A stretch of 64,000 nucleotides of DNA from Bacteroidota bacterium (GCA_039795265.1 JBDKEM010000016.1:53106-117105); one strand, 5' to 3'; positions 9,071-19,621 are shown, counted from the stretch's first letter. The notes: a model not told the origin generated them from the sequence alone. Numbers and translations are program-made.

Positions 9071-9727
9071 TTATTTTCGGTTTAAATCGGTAATTAAAAG
9101 TGGGTTATTTTCTTTCAATCGATTCACTAATTCCTCCACTTGGCCTACGGTTGGTGTTGAACCTAAAGCTTCCTGTTCCGCTGTGGTTATTCCAACTATT
9201 TGAAGAAAAGTCAGAGCGCCATAAGGTGTTGAAATAGTTCCCAATTCCGGGTCTTCAACAAAGACAAGCGAAGTGATTTCCGTATCAGCTCCTATCAAAA
9301 TCGGTCCTTTCGCAGGAACTACATGGAACGGTTCAAACCAATTTCCAGATTGAAAAACGTATCGTGCCAAATTATTCATCATCTCAATAATCCATAACGG
9401 ATCTCGTTTTTCATCTCCCGAATAAGGCGCCAATCGCATAGTGAATTCAAATCCCCATTTACTGTAATCTCCTCCCACTTTTTCTTCATCATAGTATAGT
9501 TCGGACATCCCAAAACTGACTAAATGATGGTGAAATAGTTGTTTATTGGAATCGTAAATACTTGCTCCATCTAAAGGGTCTGTTCCTCCAGCGATGTAAT
9601 GTAAACCACAAAGCGGACTATAATGACGTGGTTCTTGAGAGTAGATCTTGCGTAAATGCTCGTCGATGATTTGCCAACCTACAGGAGTGTCTTCACTGTA
9701 TTTTTTTTTGAAAATTGAAAGTTCCAT
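9071..9727 (-). CDS. Suppressor-of-fused (SUFU)-like domain protein
   Basis: 218 aa. The segment PLDGASIYDSNKQLFHHHLVSFGMSELYYDEEK..GGDYSKWGFEFTMRL matches the pattern I remember for bacterial SUFU-like domains (..isiy...hWhyvtfGlSeLy....sg.GfELtfRl). An A9 tract sits in codons 7-9 (9701-9709). Confidence 0.7.
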   Translation of the reverse strand: MELSIFKKKYSEDTPVGWQIIDEHLRKIYSQEPRHYSPLCGLHYIAGGTDPLDGASIYDSNKQLFHHHLVSFGMSELYYDEEKVGGDYSKWGFEFTMRLAPYSGDEKRDPLWIIEMMNNLARYVFQSGNWFEPFHVVPAKGPILIGADTEITSLVFVEDPELGTISTPYGALTFLQIVGITTAEQEALGSTPTVGQVEELVNRLKENNPLLITDLNRK

Positions 9728-9730
9728 AGT

Positions 9731-12187
9731 TTATCTAAATTGACATCCGAAGTCGGAAAGCTCAGGCTTGTCTAATGTATAAGTTACTTTAAAAATGTGT
9801 TTTCCAGGAAGTAAGGAAATAAAGTTTTTGTCAAATGTACAGCCAGTTTGATTGGAGTACAACCAAAAGTCGGCACAGAATTGTGAGTTTTCTACTTCAA
9901 TCCAAAGGGTTTTTGAATTTTCGTCCAATTTTGAAAGCGATATTTTGGGTGGTGATGCATTGAATTGTTTTTTAGATGAAATCAAGAAGTCACGCGAGTA
10001 ACCGTCGGAAAGTGTGATGCGAACGAATTTTTCATCCAATTTTCCACCAGAATATACGACTTCATTTCCCATATAGTTCAGTTGTTTTTCAAAGGATGAG
10101 GTTTTGATTAATTTGCCTTTTAAATCGAATTCTTCAATTGTACCTTTAATGTTGGTTGTACCGTATTCGTCACTTTTCAAATAAATGATTTTGTTGCCAT
10201 TATCCTCATTTTTCAATAAAAGAGCAACATTTCTATAGTCATCTCGCACCACATATTGCAAAGCTTTCCAGTTGCCAAAATAGTCAAGGCTAGACCAAGT
10301 TGGTGCCGGCCAGCAATCGTTCAATTGCCAATATAAAGTTCCAGCACAACGAGGCGCATCCAATCGATGTCCAGTAACTGCAGTAGATACAGCATGGGCT
10401 TGTGTCAGTTGTGAAAAATAGACGAATTGACGGAAATCCTTACTTTTTCCGTAGAGTAGATTAGCGTGTTTTTCAATCATCCCGTTTCCAACGTAGCTTT
10501 TTTGATGGTGCTTCATTACGGATGAATTCAATCGCCATTGACTGGTGTCAGAAAAAGTTAATAAAGTACTGTATTCAGGAAAACTTTGAAAACCATATTC
10601 CGCATTGAATCGACCGGTTTTTTTTGCAAAATCATTCATTGGGTCTTTTCCATGCCAAACACCCCAATAATGCTGTGATCCGTGATTATAGAATTCATCT
10701 TTTCCCCAATTACTTAGTGGTGAGGTGTGAATGTATGGAAGGTTAGAAAAGTGTGAAATTGTGGTTGGTGCTAATTTTTTAAATAAATCATCATAAGCAC
10801 TCTCAATGATTTTTTGACTTTTATCTCCCAGTAAATAAGTAATTTGAAAACCCCAGTTTTTCCAAGCGACATCGACCTCGTTATTTCCGTTTATAAGTAC
10901 AACTGCAGGATGAGCTGTAATTCGAGGTAATTGATAATTTAATTCTTGTTGCACCGTATTTAAAAAAGCATCATCACCAGGATACATAGCACAAGCAAAC
11001 TGTAAATCTTGCCATACCATAATTCCAGCTTCGTCGCATAAATTGAAGAACGTTTCCTCAGGATAATAGCCACCTCCCCAAACGCGTACCATATTGAAAT
11101 TGGATGCAACCATGTTATTGACTAAAGTTTTTAATTGTTCATCCGTTACTTGAGATGGAAAAACACTATTAGGAATGTAATCACCCCCTTTGCAAAAAAT
11201 GTATCTTCCATTGACGTGAATTTCATAAGCAGTTCCCCATTGGTCTTTTTGTTGTTTTAATTCACTTGTTCTAATGCCGAAACGTATTGCTTTTTCGTTT
11301 AAAACAGTTCCGTCAGCGGCGAGCAACTGTAAGGTGTCGGAATATAAATGTTGTTCTCCTTGACCTAAAGGCCACCAGAGTTTTGGATTTTCAATATTCC
11401 AACGAAAGCGAAATTGGTTCAATTGAAGTTCATTTGTAGTCCAAGTTTGAAGCGAATTTTTTAAACGCACCTTGGCGAGTTTTTCCTGATTTTTTACTTC
11501 TAAGAAAAGCTCTAAGTGAGCAATATTGTTCGCGATTGAAATGGTGTTGACTACTGTTTTGACAACTTCATTTTTCGGTGGAATACGCACAAAAGCAGGG
11601 GCTTGAAATCCTACCGTATTCATGCGTAATGCCCAATCCCAACCAAATTGATACTGCGGTTTACGGGTGAGTGGCGCCACTTTTGTTTTGCTTACATCGT
11701 TTGGAGCAGGATAATGAAAGTTGGCATTTTTATACGTTTCAGCGTGATATAAAATAGGAGGAGTTATGCGAACACGAATTTCGTTATATCCACACTGTAC
11801 AAAGTTTTTAATTTCAAAAGAGTAAGCAACGTGATAATTTTCTGTCTTTCCAACTAACTTGTCGTTTACGTAAATTTCGCCATAAGTATCGACGTTAGGG
11901 AAGACCAACTCAAGTTGTTTAGCATTAAAAAAGTCTTCAGAAAGGAAAAATTGAGATTTAAACTCCCAAATATGTTCTTCAATCCAATTGTATTTTTCTT
12001 CATTTTCACCATAGAATGGGTCAGGTAAAATGCCATTATTCCAAAATGTTTCTTGCACACTTCCTTTTTCTCCGAGTAGGAACCATTCTTTTGAAATCGG
12101 GTGTTGAAATTGCCACTTTAAATTGAGTTGGGTCTTTGCCATAAAAGGGGTAAAACAGAGAAGGATTATCAAGAATGAATTTCGCAT
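9731..12187 (-). CDS. Glycoside hydrolase family 2 beta-mannosidase
   Basis: GH2 pattern (WWP.GQGEQ.LY, NGR.IFCKGGDYIP, MVRVWGGGYYPE, NNEV) and large size. I prefer the start at 12187 (MRNSFLIILLCFTPFMAKTQ, a signal peptide), because the 12247 extension would run through the upstream terminator hairpin. Confidence 0.85.
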   Translation of the reverse strand: MRNSFLIILLCFTPFMAKTQLNLKWQFQHPISKEWFLLGEKGSVQETFWNNGILPDPFYGENEEKYNWIEEHIWEFKSQFFLSEDFFNAKQLELVFPNVDTYGEIYVNDKLVGKTENYHVAYSFEIKNFVQCGYNEIRVRITPPILYHAETYKNANFHYPAPNDVSKTKVAPLTRKPQYQFGWDWALRMNTVGFQAPAFVRIPPKNEVVKTVVNTISIANNIAHLELFLEVKNQEKLAKVRLKNSLQTWTTNELQLNQFRFRWNIENPKLWWPLGQGEQHLYSDTLQLLAADGTVLNEKAIRFGIRTSELKQQKDQWGTAYEIHVNGRYIFCKGGDYIPNSVFPSQVTDEQLKTLVNNMVASNFNMVRVWGGGYYPEETFFNLCDEAGIMVWQDLQFACAMYPGDDAFLNTVQQELNYQLPRITAHPAVVLINGNNEVDVAWKNWGFQITYLLGDKSQKIIESAYDDLFKKLAPTTISHFSNLPYIHTSPLSNWGKDEFYNHGSQHYWGVWHGKDPMNDFAKKTGRFNAEYGFQSFPEYSTLLTFSDTSQWRLNSSVMKHHQKSYVGNGMIEKHANLLYGKSKDFRQFVYFSQLTQAHAVSTAVTGHRLDAPRCAGTLYWQLNDCWPAPTWSSLDYFGNWKALQYVVRDDYRNVALLLKNEDNGNKIIYLKSDEYGTTNIKGTIEEFDLKGKLIKTSSFEKQLNYMGNEVVYSGGKLDEKFVRITLSDGYSRDFLISSKKQFNASPPKISLSKLDENSKTLWIEVENSQFCADFWLYSNQTGCTFDKNFISLLPGKHIFKVTYTLDKPELSDFGCQFR

Positions 12188-12213
12188 GGTGTTGAATCTA
12201 AAATTAAAGGTAC

Positions 12214-12242
12214 AAAAAAAGGCCACCCGATTGGATGACCTT
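12214..12242 (-). terminator. Rho-independent terminator after the T9SS cargo gene
   Basis: Minus-strand RNA: AAGGUCA-10 nt loop-UGGCCUU (one G.U) followed by U7 (A-run 12214-12220 on the plus strand). Confidence 0.55.
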
Positions 12243-12262
12243 TTCATTATTTCTTTTAGAAA

Positions 12263-14089
12263 TTATTTTCTGATAACAACTTTCTCTGTTGTAGTTGAAT
12301 TACCAGTTGTAACAGTTACCATGTACACTCCGTTGTTCAAGTTTGAAGTTGAAACCGCTGTCATGTTACCTTCGATAGTTGAAGTAGCAACAGTTTTACC
12401 TGATAAGTCAGTAATCACAACAGAACCATTTGTACCGTTTGCTAATTTGATATTGATTAACTCATTAGCTGGATTTGGATAAACAGAGAACAATGTATTA
12501 ACTGTTTCATTAACAGACAATACAGGATCGTCAGTTAAACGTACCATCATTGCTCCTGGAGATTGAAGATAGAAAGGATCAGTCGCTCCTGAAGTATATC
12601 CTAATACTGTTTGCTCGTATGTGTTTTGAGCATACCCAAAACGAACTTCAGAAGTTCCACCTGCGTGACAAGCCAATAATAAAATATCATCACCAGCGGA
12701 TAAGTTTAATTTACCATTTGTTAAATCACCATCAATCCATTTTAAAGATGACCAAGTAGCAGCAGTTGCAGCAACCGTTTTCTTTTCAGTTTCAGCTAAA
12801 TATACATAAGAAGTACCATCGAATTTTTGTACTTCAATCCAATACTCAGAACCAACAGCAGCTTGTGCTTGTGTTGCCAAACGAACTTTTGCACCTGTTG
12901 TTGACCAAGCATTATAAATATCCATTACGTTTCCGATTTTTAAAGGATTTCCAGTGTTTGAAGACACGTTAGAAATAGATCCTGTAGCAACACCATTATC
13001 ACGACCGAAGTCAGTATTAGAAACTTCCATAACCATAGAAGCCGTGTTGTTTGATTCTTGAGAATCTGTACCAGCAAGAACGGTTGTAAGGTTGATAGTT
13101 TTTGCACCAACAGTTGTTGGGTCGTATGGAGAAGAAATAGAAACTGAATCTGTAGCTCCTGCCGCTAAAGTAATTGAGGTACCAGTTTGATCATAACCTT
13201 CTGTTGCCGTTGCTTTTAAGGCAACACTTGTTTGGTTAGCAGCTCCGTTATTATTAACAATTGCACCAAAAGTTAAACCAGGGAAATCAACTTGCGAGTT
13301 ATCAATTGTAAAATAGTCTAATCCTTGTGCTGCACTTGAACCAGCATAAGCGTTCACCACTTTTACGTCATTTTGCCAAGCCTCTACGATTTTCACGTCA
13401 TCAACTCCCCAAAACCAATCCCATGCACCAACATAGTGGAAACGAACTTTTACGTTGTTTGACCAAGTACCTGAACCGATAACAGAAGTGATATTGATTA
13501 CTTCAACTTCACCGGCAACACAGTTTGTATTTACTGGAACCTCTGCTTCAGGATTAGCTTCAAATTCTACCCAAGTAACACCTCCATCGTTTGATACTTC
13601 TACGAAAGTTTGATCGTAGAAATTACGGTAATATTCAGAGAAAGTTAAGTATAGGAATGCATTACCAGCAGCAGATAAGTCAATTGGAGTGGCGAATTCA
13701 AAATAAGCATCTTGTGTTCCAGATGCTCCTGCGGCATCAGAATCGATGAATGCAAAATTTCCAGATGCACCACTAAAAGTTGCTGGCCAACCATACTGTG
13801 CTTGTTGAGAGCTAATCGTTGTAGGAATAGCTGTAACCAATTGCCATCCTGGGTTTGAACCTGTATTCGCGCTTTGACCTGGTCCTAAAGTTTGGTTCCA
13901 ATCAGATGCGTTGTCAAAACCATTTTGCCAAAGGATGTCACCTTCGTTTTTTAGAGTAGCAGAAGCCACTTTCTTTTGTGTACCAACGAAAGTACGATCT
14001 GCGTTTCCAACTGCAACTTTTGAAGTGTGCTTTTGAGCACTTACTCCGAAAGCAGTCATCAACGCCAGAGATAAATAGACTTTTTTCAT
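12263..14089 (-). CDS. Secreted protein with T9SS C-terminal sorting domain (function unknown; MAM / choice-of-anchor-J-like N-terminal region)
   Basis: Signal peptide MKKVYLSLALMTAFGVSAQ. The C-terminal ~75 aa, VYPNPANELINIKL....VVITDLSGKTV.........NGVYMVTVTTGNSTTTEKVVIRK, is a textbook Por_Secre_tail. Confidence 0.75.
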   Translation of the reverse strand: MKKVYLSLALMTAFGVSAQKHTSKVAVGNADRTFVGTQKKVASATLKNEGDILWQNGFDNASDWNQTLGPGQSANTGSNPGWQLVTAIPTTISSQQAQYGWPATFSGASGNFAFIDSDAAGASGTQDAYFEFATPIDLSAAGNAFLYLTFSEYYRNFYDQTFVEVSNDGGVTWVEFEANPEAEVPVNTNCVAGEVEVINITSVIGSGTWSNNVKVRFHYVGAWDWFWGVDDVKIVEAWQNDVKVVNAYAGSSAAQGLDYFTIDNSQVDFPGLTFGAIVNNNGAANQTSVALKATATEGYDQTGTSITLAAGATDSVSISSPYDPTTVGAKTINLTTVLAGTDSQESNNTASMVMEVSNTDFGRDNGVATGSISNVSSNTGNPLKIGNVMDIYNAWSTTGAKVRLATQAQAAVGSEYWIEVQKFDGTSYVYLAETEKKTVAATAATWSSLKWIDGDLTNGKLNLSAGDDILLLACHAGGTSEVRFGYAQNTYEQTVLGYTSGATDPFYLQSPGAMMVRLTDDPVLSVNETVNTLFSVYPNPANELINIKLANGTNGSVVITDLSGKTVATSTIEGNMTAVSTSNLNNGVYMVTVTTGNSTTTEKVVIRK

Positions 14090-14134
14090 GTTTTAAGTTT
14101 TAAAGAGTACGAATGTAGTAATAATTAATAGAAA

Positions 14135-15097
14135 CTAATGTTCACGATTTGCTAAGAAATTCCTGATTTCTATAAAGATTTCTTTATTTGAACAGGTTAA
14201 AGCCTCTAAGTGAAAATCAGCTTTACGTTCATAATCGAGTTTTAATTCCAATGCTTTTTTGTCAATCGACAAGGCAGAAAACAGTGCTTTTGTTTTTTCT
14301 ACTTTCTCGGTTGGAGTTGAAAAAGTAGTGTAATGGTGAAAATCTTTTTCATTTAAACTTGATTGTAATGCCTTCGCGCTCAAACTTAGAAACGTTTTTT
14401 TATCAGCAAGAATATCTCCACCAACTTGCTTTCCGACTTTTTCAGGTGATCCAAATGCGTCTAAGTAATCGTCCTGAATTTGAAAAGCCAATCCTAAATT
14501 CAGCCCAAATTCGTACAAATGAAAACGATTAAACGCGTCTGCTCCTGCAATTATTCCTCCCATTTCGAAAGCACAAGCAAGAAGCACTGAAGTTTTGAGT
14601 TCAATCATTTTCAAATATTCTGCAACTGAAACATCATTGCGACTTTCGAAGTCCATGTCCATTTGTTGCCCTTCACAAACTTGAATAGCCGTTCGGTTAA
14701 ATACATTCAATAATTCCGGTAAAACTGAATTTGGCGCTTGAGCTAACAATTTATACGCCTCCACAAAAAGCACATCGCCTGAAAGAATAGCAATGTTCGT
14801 ATTCCATTTTTCATGAACAGTTATCTTCCCACGACGCAATGGTGCATTGTCCATAATATCGTCATGAATCAAGGTGAAATTGTGGAAAATCTCAATTGCT
14901 ATGGCTGTACTGAGAGCTATTTCTGTTTCGGCTTCAAATGATTTTGCAGCAGCCAAAGTAGCCACGGGTCGAATACGTTTTCCTCCAAGCGTTAAAAAAT
15001 AGCGAAGCGGGTCATACAAATTTGCGGGTTGTTTCGGAAAATCAACTTTTTTAATTTGTTCTTCCACTAACTGAGATAAAGCGAGGAGTTCTTGCAT
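14135..15097 (-). CDS. Polyprenyl diphosphate synthase (trans-isoprenyl diphosphate synthase family; chain length not assignable)
   Basis: First and second Asp-rich motifs are present: LIHDDIMD and FQIQDDYLD. Confidence 0.85.
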   Translation of the reverse strand: MQELLALSQLVEEQIKKVDFPKQPANLYDPLRYFLTLGGKRIRPVATLAAAKSFEAETEIALSTAIAIEIFHNFTLIHDDIMDNAPLRRGKITVHEKWNTNIAILSGDVLFVEAYKLLAQAPNSVLPELLNVFNRTAIQVCEGQQMDMDFESRNDVSVAEYLKMIELKTSVLLACAFEMGGIIAGADAFNRFHLYEFGLNLGLAFQIQDDYLDAFGSPEKVGKQVGGDILADKKTFLSLSAKALQSSLNEKDFHHYTTFSTPTEKVEKTKALFSALSIDKKALELKLDYERKADFHLEALTCSNKEIFIEIRNFLANREH

Positions 15098-15101
15098 TGA
15101 A

Positions 15102-15959
15102 TTATATTAGACTTTTCAAATAAGTTCCGTAGCCACTTTTAACAAGCGGTTCGGCAATTTGTTCCAATTCTTCTTTTGAAATGAATCCATTGCGATAAGC
15201 AACTTCTTCGATGCACCCAATTTTCAAACCTTGACGTTCTTCTATCACTTGAACGAATTGTCCTGCTTGCATTAGAGAAGCAAATGTTCCTGTATCTAAC
15301 CAAGCTGTCCCACGGTCAAGAACGGCAACTTTTAGCTGACCACGACGCAAATACTCTGCATTAACGTCAGTGATTTCATATTCTCCTCGAGCCGATGGTT
15401 TTAAGTTTTTCGCGATTTCAACTACAGAATTATCATAGAAGTATAAACCTGGAACGGCGTAATTAGATTTCGGTTTAGCGGGCTTTTCTTCAATGGAAAT
15501 TGCATTCATTTTTTCATCAAACTCAACAACTCCGTAACGTTCTGGGTCACTCACGTGATACGCATATACAACACCACCATTCGGATCATTATTTTCCTTT
15601 AAAAGACTATCCATTCCAACACCGTAGAAAATATTGTCACCTAGAATCAGAGCAACTTTATCGTCACCAATAAATTCTTCACCAATTACGAATGCTTGTG
15701 CCAATCCATTTGGAATTTCTTGAACGGCGTAGCTAAATTCACACCCTAGATTATGTCCATTCCCTAGCAATTTTTCAAAATTGGGTAAATCATGGGGGGT
15801 TGAGATAATCAGAATTTCCTTGATTCCAGCACTCATCAAAATTGAAAGTGGGTAGTAAATCATTGGTTTGTCGTAAACCGGCATAAGTTGCTTACTGACA
15901 GCAAGTGTTAATGGATGTAAGCGAGTACCAGATCCACCAGCTAAAATGATTCCTTTCAT
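15102..15959 (-). CDS. rfbA: Glucose-1-phosphate thymidylyltransferase
   Basis: [35 protein letters not shown] and a length of 285 aa are diagnostic of RfbA/RmlA. Confidence 0.92.
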   Translation of the reverse strand: MKGIILAGGSGTRLHPLTLAVSKQLMPVYDKPMIYYPLSILMSAGIKEILIISTPHDLPNFEKLLGNGHNLGCEFSYAVQEIPNGLAQAFVIGEEFIGDDKVALILGDNIFYGVGMDSLLKENNDPNGGVVYAYHVSDPERYGVVEFDEKMNAISIEEKPAKPKSNYAVPGLYFYDNSVVEIAKNLKPSARGEYEITDVNAEYLRRGQLKVAVLDRGTAWLDTGTFASLMQAGQFVQVIEERQGLKIGCIEEVAYRNGFISKEELEQIAEPLVKSGYGTYLKSLI

Positions 15960-15976
15960 AGTTAAAAGTTGATTGA

Positions 15977-18607
15977 TTACGATTTTTGTTCAGTTTCAGA
16001 TTCATCAATCGGTAACTCGTTCCAATTGATTTCACTATCCTCGTCATACGCGTCGAAGTAGGGTTCCTTAAATGATTTGGTGGTTATTAATTTGTCAAGA
16101 GATAAAAGCAATGAAGGTAGAACCACTAAATTCGTAATCATTGCTACTAGTAAGGTAATTGAAATTAACAACCCAAGTGCTTGAGTTCCTCCAAATTGAG
16201 AAAACATAAACACAGAAAATCCACAGAATAATACAATCGAAGTGTAAAACATTCCAAGTCCAGCTTCGCGAATGGAGTTGATTACGCATTCTTTTAAATC
16301 CCAATTTTTAGTTTTTAATTCTTGTCGATACTTCGCTAAAAAGTGTATTGTATCGTCCACGGAAATACCAAATGCAATACTGAAAACTAGTAGGGTAGAA
16401 GGTTTCAATGGAATATGAAAATAACCCATTATTCCTCCAGTAAAAATTAAAGGTATTAGATTAGGAATCATGGAAATAACAACCATTCGCCAAGAGCGAA
16501 AAAGAATTGCCATAAGTGTACCAATACTTAGGATAGCGAAAAGTAAGCTCGTGATAAGATTGTTTACCAAGTATTTAGTGCCTTGCGCTGCAACTACAGA
16601 TGTACCTGTGAAGGTAATGTCGTAATATTCATTGTCAATTGCATTTCTAAGAACCTTCATAAAAAATGGCTTTCTAAAATAAGTCCTCATCAATTCAAGA
16701 TTTCTGTCAAATTCACGTTCTGAAATCCCCACTTTTTTACTTAGTCCAGAAATGATACCTGCTTGCACCTTGGGAAAAATTTCAATGATGCTGTCTATAT
16801 AAGTTTTGTTTTTATCACATTTAGCATAAAACTTTTCGATTTGTACTTTCTCAGGATTCAGAATAGCGTCAACCATTTTCATTTTCTTTTCTACTTGTTC
16901 CGCCACTTCGTAAGACCCAATGTCTTTCATTTGACAGCGTATGCGCATGGTACAAGTATTGGTATCAACCAATTCTTTTAATGATAAACCACCGTTTGCA
17001 TTGGTCATGGAAAAATTGTCGATGTACTTTTTTAAACGTAATTTATCACTATTGAAAATGGTGTATTTGTCTGGGTTGTTACCATAGTAGGACATATTCA
17101 CCACCTTTATAAAATCAATGGCAGAGATACTTCTGGAGAATAAAGTGTCTTTTTCAATTTCAGTTTGTATCGTTTCGATTTTTGTCATCGTTGAATTCTT
17201 GAAAAGACGACCTTTTTCTTTGTATCCAATCATGATTTCGAAGGGAATTGATCCGCCGAAATTTTTCTCCATGAATTGAATATCTTTTAATATTTGATCG
17301 TTTTTGGGAAGGTCTCCTGTTATATTTCCAGTAGCTTCTATTCTTAATAAACCTATCACACTAATACCAACAATTAATAGCGCAATAGTATAAACCCATT
17401 TACGCCTAAATTGCGTGATGTGAACAATACTTTCAACCAAACCAACTGCAAATTTTCGATCCAGATGTTTTAAATGGCGTGCTTTCGGAGGTTTTGAGAA
17501 GGAGGCAAAAATTGGTAAAATACACAATGAGATTATAAAAACCATCATGATGTTTGCAGAGGCAGCGATACCAAATTCCATTAATTTTTCAGAATTGGTA
17601 AATGCAAAAGTGAGGAAGCCTATTGCTGTAGTGAAGTTTGTTAAAAATGTGGCCGTTCCAATTTTTTGAATGACTCGCGATAACGCCTTAACTTTATTTC
17701 CGTGTTCTTTTACTTCTTGGTGAAATTTGGTCATTAAAAAAATACAGTTCGGAATTCCAATAACAATCATTAAAGGCGGAATCAATGCCATTAATATGGT
17801 GAGTTTATACCCCACAAATGCAATGCTTCCTAACGCCCAAACAACAGCAATCATAACAACGGAAACGCATATTAGAACCACACGGAATGATCGGAAAAAC
17901 AGATAAAGTAGGAGGGAGGTAATTGCCAAAGAAAACCCGATAAACAAATACATTTCACCTTGTATTCTTTTTGAAATAACAACACGAAGATGAGGAAGAC
18001 CAGCAAAGTGCATTTTTCCTAACTGTTTTTCGTTTTTCAGAAAAAGCTCTTCAATTTCAAATACGACTTTTGATTTCTTTTTGTCCGAAAGGTAGGTTTC
18101 ATCAATACCAATCATCATTAAGGAAACTGTTTCATCCTTGTTGTACAGTAACCCTTTGTAAACAGGATTAAATTTTATTTCGCGACGAATGGAATCGATG
18201 CTTTTTTCGTTGTAAGTAGTATCTGAGAAAATACGGTTCACTTCAAATCTATTCTCTTCGCGATTGTTGCGAATAGTGAATAATGTCGCTTCTGAGATTA
18301 CGGATTGTACGCCATCCATTCGAAGAATTGAATCGCCAATCTTCTTCCAAATTAAAAAGTTCTTTTCCGTGAATAAGGAATCCGATTCTACCCCAACGAC
18401 CAATGCACCACCGTCTTCTCCAAATAGTTCCTTGAAGCGTTTATAGTTTTCGGTAGTTTCAGAGTTTTTAGGTAAAACTATTCCATATTTGTTGTCCAAT
18501 TTCATTGCTGTGATGGCGTAGTAGCCAAAGAAAACAGTCAAGAGGGTGATTACACCAAGAATGAAAAATCTATTTCGAAGGATGAAGTTTGCTAGCTTTT
18601 GCCACAT
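15977..18607 (-). CDS. RND-superfamily exporter of the MMPL/HpnN-like type
   Basis: 876 aa with two blocks of about 6 TM helices, each preceded by a large soluble loop. The TM blocks have typical sterol-sensing/MMPL-like composition. Confidence 0.7.
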   Translation of the reverse strand: MWQKLANFILRNRFFILGVITLLTVFFGYYAITAMKLDNKYGIVLPKNSETTENYKRFKELFGEDGGALVVGVESDSLFTEKNFLIWKKIGDSILRMDGVQSVISEATLFTIRNNREENRFEVNRIFSDTTYNEKSIDSIRREIKFNPVYKGLLYNKDETVSLMMIGIDETYLSDKKKSKVVFEIEELFLKNEKQLGKMHFAGLPHLRVVISKRIQGEMYLFIGFSLAITSLLLYLFFRSFRVVLICVSVVMIAVVWALGSIAFVGYKLTILMALIPPLMIVIGIPNCIFLMTKFHQEVKEHGNKVKALSRVIQKIGTATFLTNFTTAIGFLTFAFTNSEKLMEFGIAASANIMMVFIISLCILPIFASFSKPPKARHLKHLDRKFAVGLVESIVHITQFRRKWVYTIALLIVGISVIGLLRIEATGNITGDLPKNDQILKDIQFMEKNFGGSIPFEIMIGYKEKGRLFKNSTMTKIETIQTEIEKDTLFSRSISAIDFIKVVNMSYYGNNPDKYTIFNSDKLRLKKYIDNFSMTNANGGLSLKELVDTNTCTMRIRCQMKDIGSYEVAEQVEKKMKMVDAILNPEKVQIEKFYAKCDKNKTYIDSIIEIFPKVQAGIISGLSKKVGISEREFDRNLELMRTYFRKPFFMKVLRNAIDNEYYDITFTGTSVVAAQGTKYLVNNLITSLLFAILSIGTLMAILFRSWRMVVISMIPNLIPLIFTGGIMGYFHIPLKPSTLLVFSIAFGISVDDTIHFLAKYRQELKTKNWDLKECVINSIREAGLGMFYTSIVLFCGFSVFMFSQFGGTQALGLLISITLLVAMITNLVVLPSLLLSLDKLITTKSFKEPYFDAYDEDSEINWNELPIDESETEQKS

Positions 18608-18821
18608 GTAACGTTGCAGTTTGTCAAAGCTACAAAGGTAATGAAAACATTAAAACACGATTTTTTTAATTTTCATCGGTTGATTTGATAATATAAATGG
18701 TTTAATGTCGGTGATTAATTTTTCGTTTTCTTGAATCAACAAAAATGATTTAAGGGATTATGAAAATGAGTCTTTCTTAGAAAGCGTGTTTTCATGTTGT
18801 ATTTATAGTTTACTTTGATGC

Positions 18822-19265
18822 ATGTTGCTTAACGAGAATTCTAAAACGCAAATTACTTTTTCTGCCAAACTGCGCGAATTTGAAAATTGGCATATCGTTT
18901 TTTGGTTAATTAAAGATATGTCATGGGCAATGGGATGGAGATTAGCGGGTGTTTTAATGATATTTCCAACCTTAACTTTGTCCGTTTACTTAACTTGGAA
19001 ATTTCGAACAACAGCATCTGAACTGTTTCATAATTTGGCGGTAATTTGTTGGATATTTGCCAATAGTTATTGGATGATTTCTGAATTTTATGGATTTGAA
19101 GAAAAAGAAGTAATTGCGGGAATTCGGTACGTACACTTTGCTTTAATTCCATTCATAACTGGATTGCTTCTTGTTGTGTATTATCACCTTTTTTTAGGAA
19201 TAGTAAGAAGTGAGCAATACTGGATTCGAACCAGTGACCCCTACCCTGTCAAGGTAGTGCTCTAA
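18822..19265 (+). CDS. Small 4-TM membrane protein of unknown function; the 3' end overlaps tRNA-Val on the opposite strand
   Basis: 147-aa ORF with four hydrophobic segments. The last 55 nt (19211-19265) are antisense to tRNA-Val, so the C-terminal 18 aa are dictated by the tRNA sequence. Confidence 0.45.
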   Translation: MLLNENSKTQITFSAKLREFENWHIVFWLIKDMSWAMGWRLAGVLMIFPTLTLSVYLTWKFRTTASELFHNLAVICWIFANSYWMISEFYGFEEKEVIAGIRYVHFALIPFITGLLLVVYYHLFLGIVRSEQYWIRTSDPYPVKVVL

Positions 19266-19285
19266 ACCAACTGAGCTAATTGCCC
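19211..19285 (-). tRNA. tRNA-Val (anticodon GAC)
   Basis: The reverse complement reads GGGCAAT TA GCTC AGTTGGTTT AGAGC A CTACC-TTGACAG-GGTAG GGGTC ACTGG TTCGAAT CCAGT ATTGCTC A. All four stems pair. Confidence 0.88.
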
Positions 19286-19290
19286 GAAAC

Positions 19291-19314
19291 AAAAAAAGCC
19301 ACAACGAGGTGGCT
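19291..19314 (-). terminator. Rho-independent terminator of rpsT
   Basis: Minus-strand RNA: AGCCAC-CUCGUU-GUGGCU followed by U7. It lies 21 nt after the rpsT stop. Confidence 0.55.
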
Positions 19315-19334
19315 CTAAGTATTGGGATAGGTGA

Positions 19335-19589
19335 TTAACCTAATTTATTTATTTGTACTTGCAATCCTGACTTCAAGTTTGCCGCTTTATTTTTGTGGAT
19401 GATATTGCGTTTTGCCAACTTATCAATCATACTTGCAACTGAAGGAAATAGTGCAATCGCCTCAGCTTTGTCTTTAGTAGCACGCAATTTACGTGTAGCA
19501 TTACGCGCTGTTTTATGTTGATACTTGTTCAACAATCTTTTCGCTTCATTTGAGCGAATTCTTTTAATTGATGATTTATGGTTTGCCAT
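19335..19589 (-). CDS. rpsT: 30S ribosomal protein S20
   Basis: The 84-aa product starting at [18 protein letters not shown] is the canonical S20 N-terminus. The longer listed ORF (to 19718) reads through tRNA-Glu and is rejected. Confidence 0.9.
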   Translation of the reverse strand: MANHKSSIKRIRSNEAKRLLNKYQHKTARNATRKLRATKDKAEAIALFPSVASMIDKLAKRNIIHKNKAANLKSGLQVQINKLG

Positions 19590-19621
19590 TATCTTCTGTA
19601 TTTCTAAATCTAAAATCTTAG

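Noticed and set aside
12188-12247. The upstream start of the beta-mannosidase ORF (MKRSSNRVAFFCTFNFRFNT...).
   Set aside because: The extension covers the terminator hairpin and U-tract of the upstream gene. The internal Met at 12187 gives a normal signal peptide.
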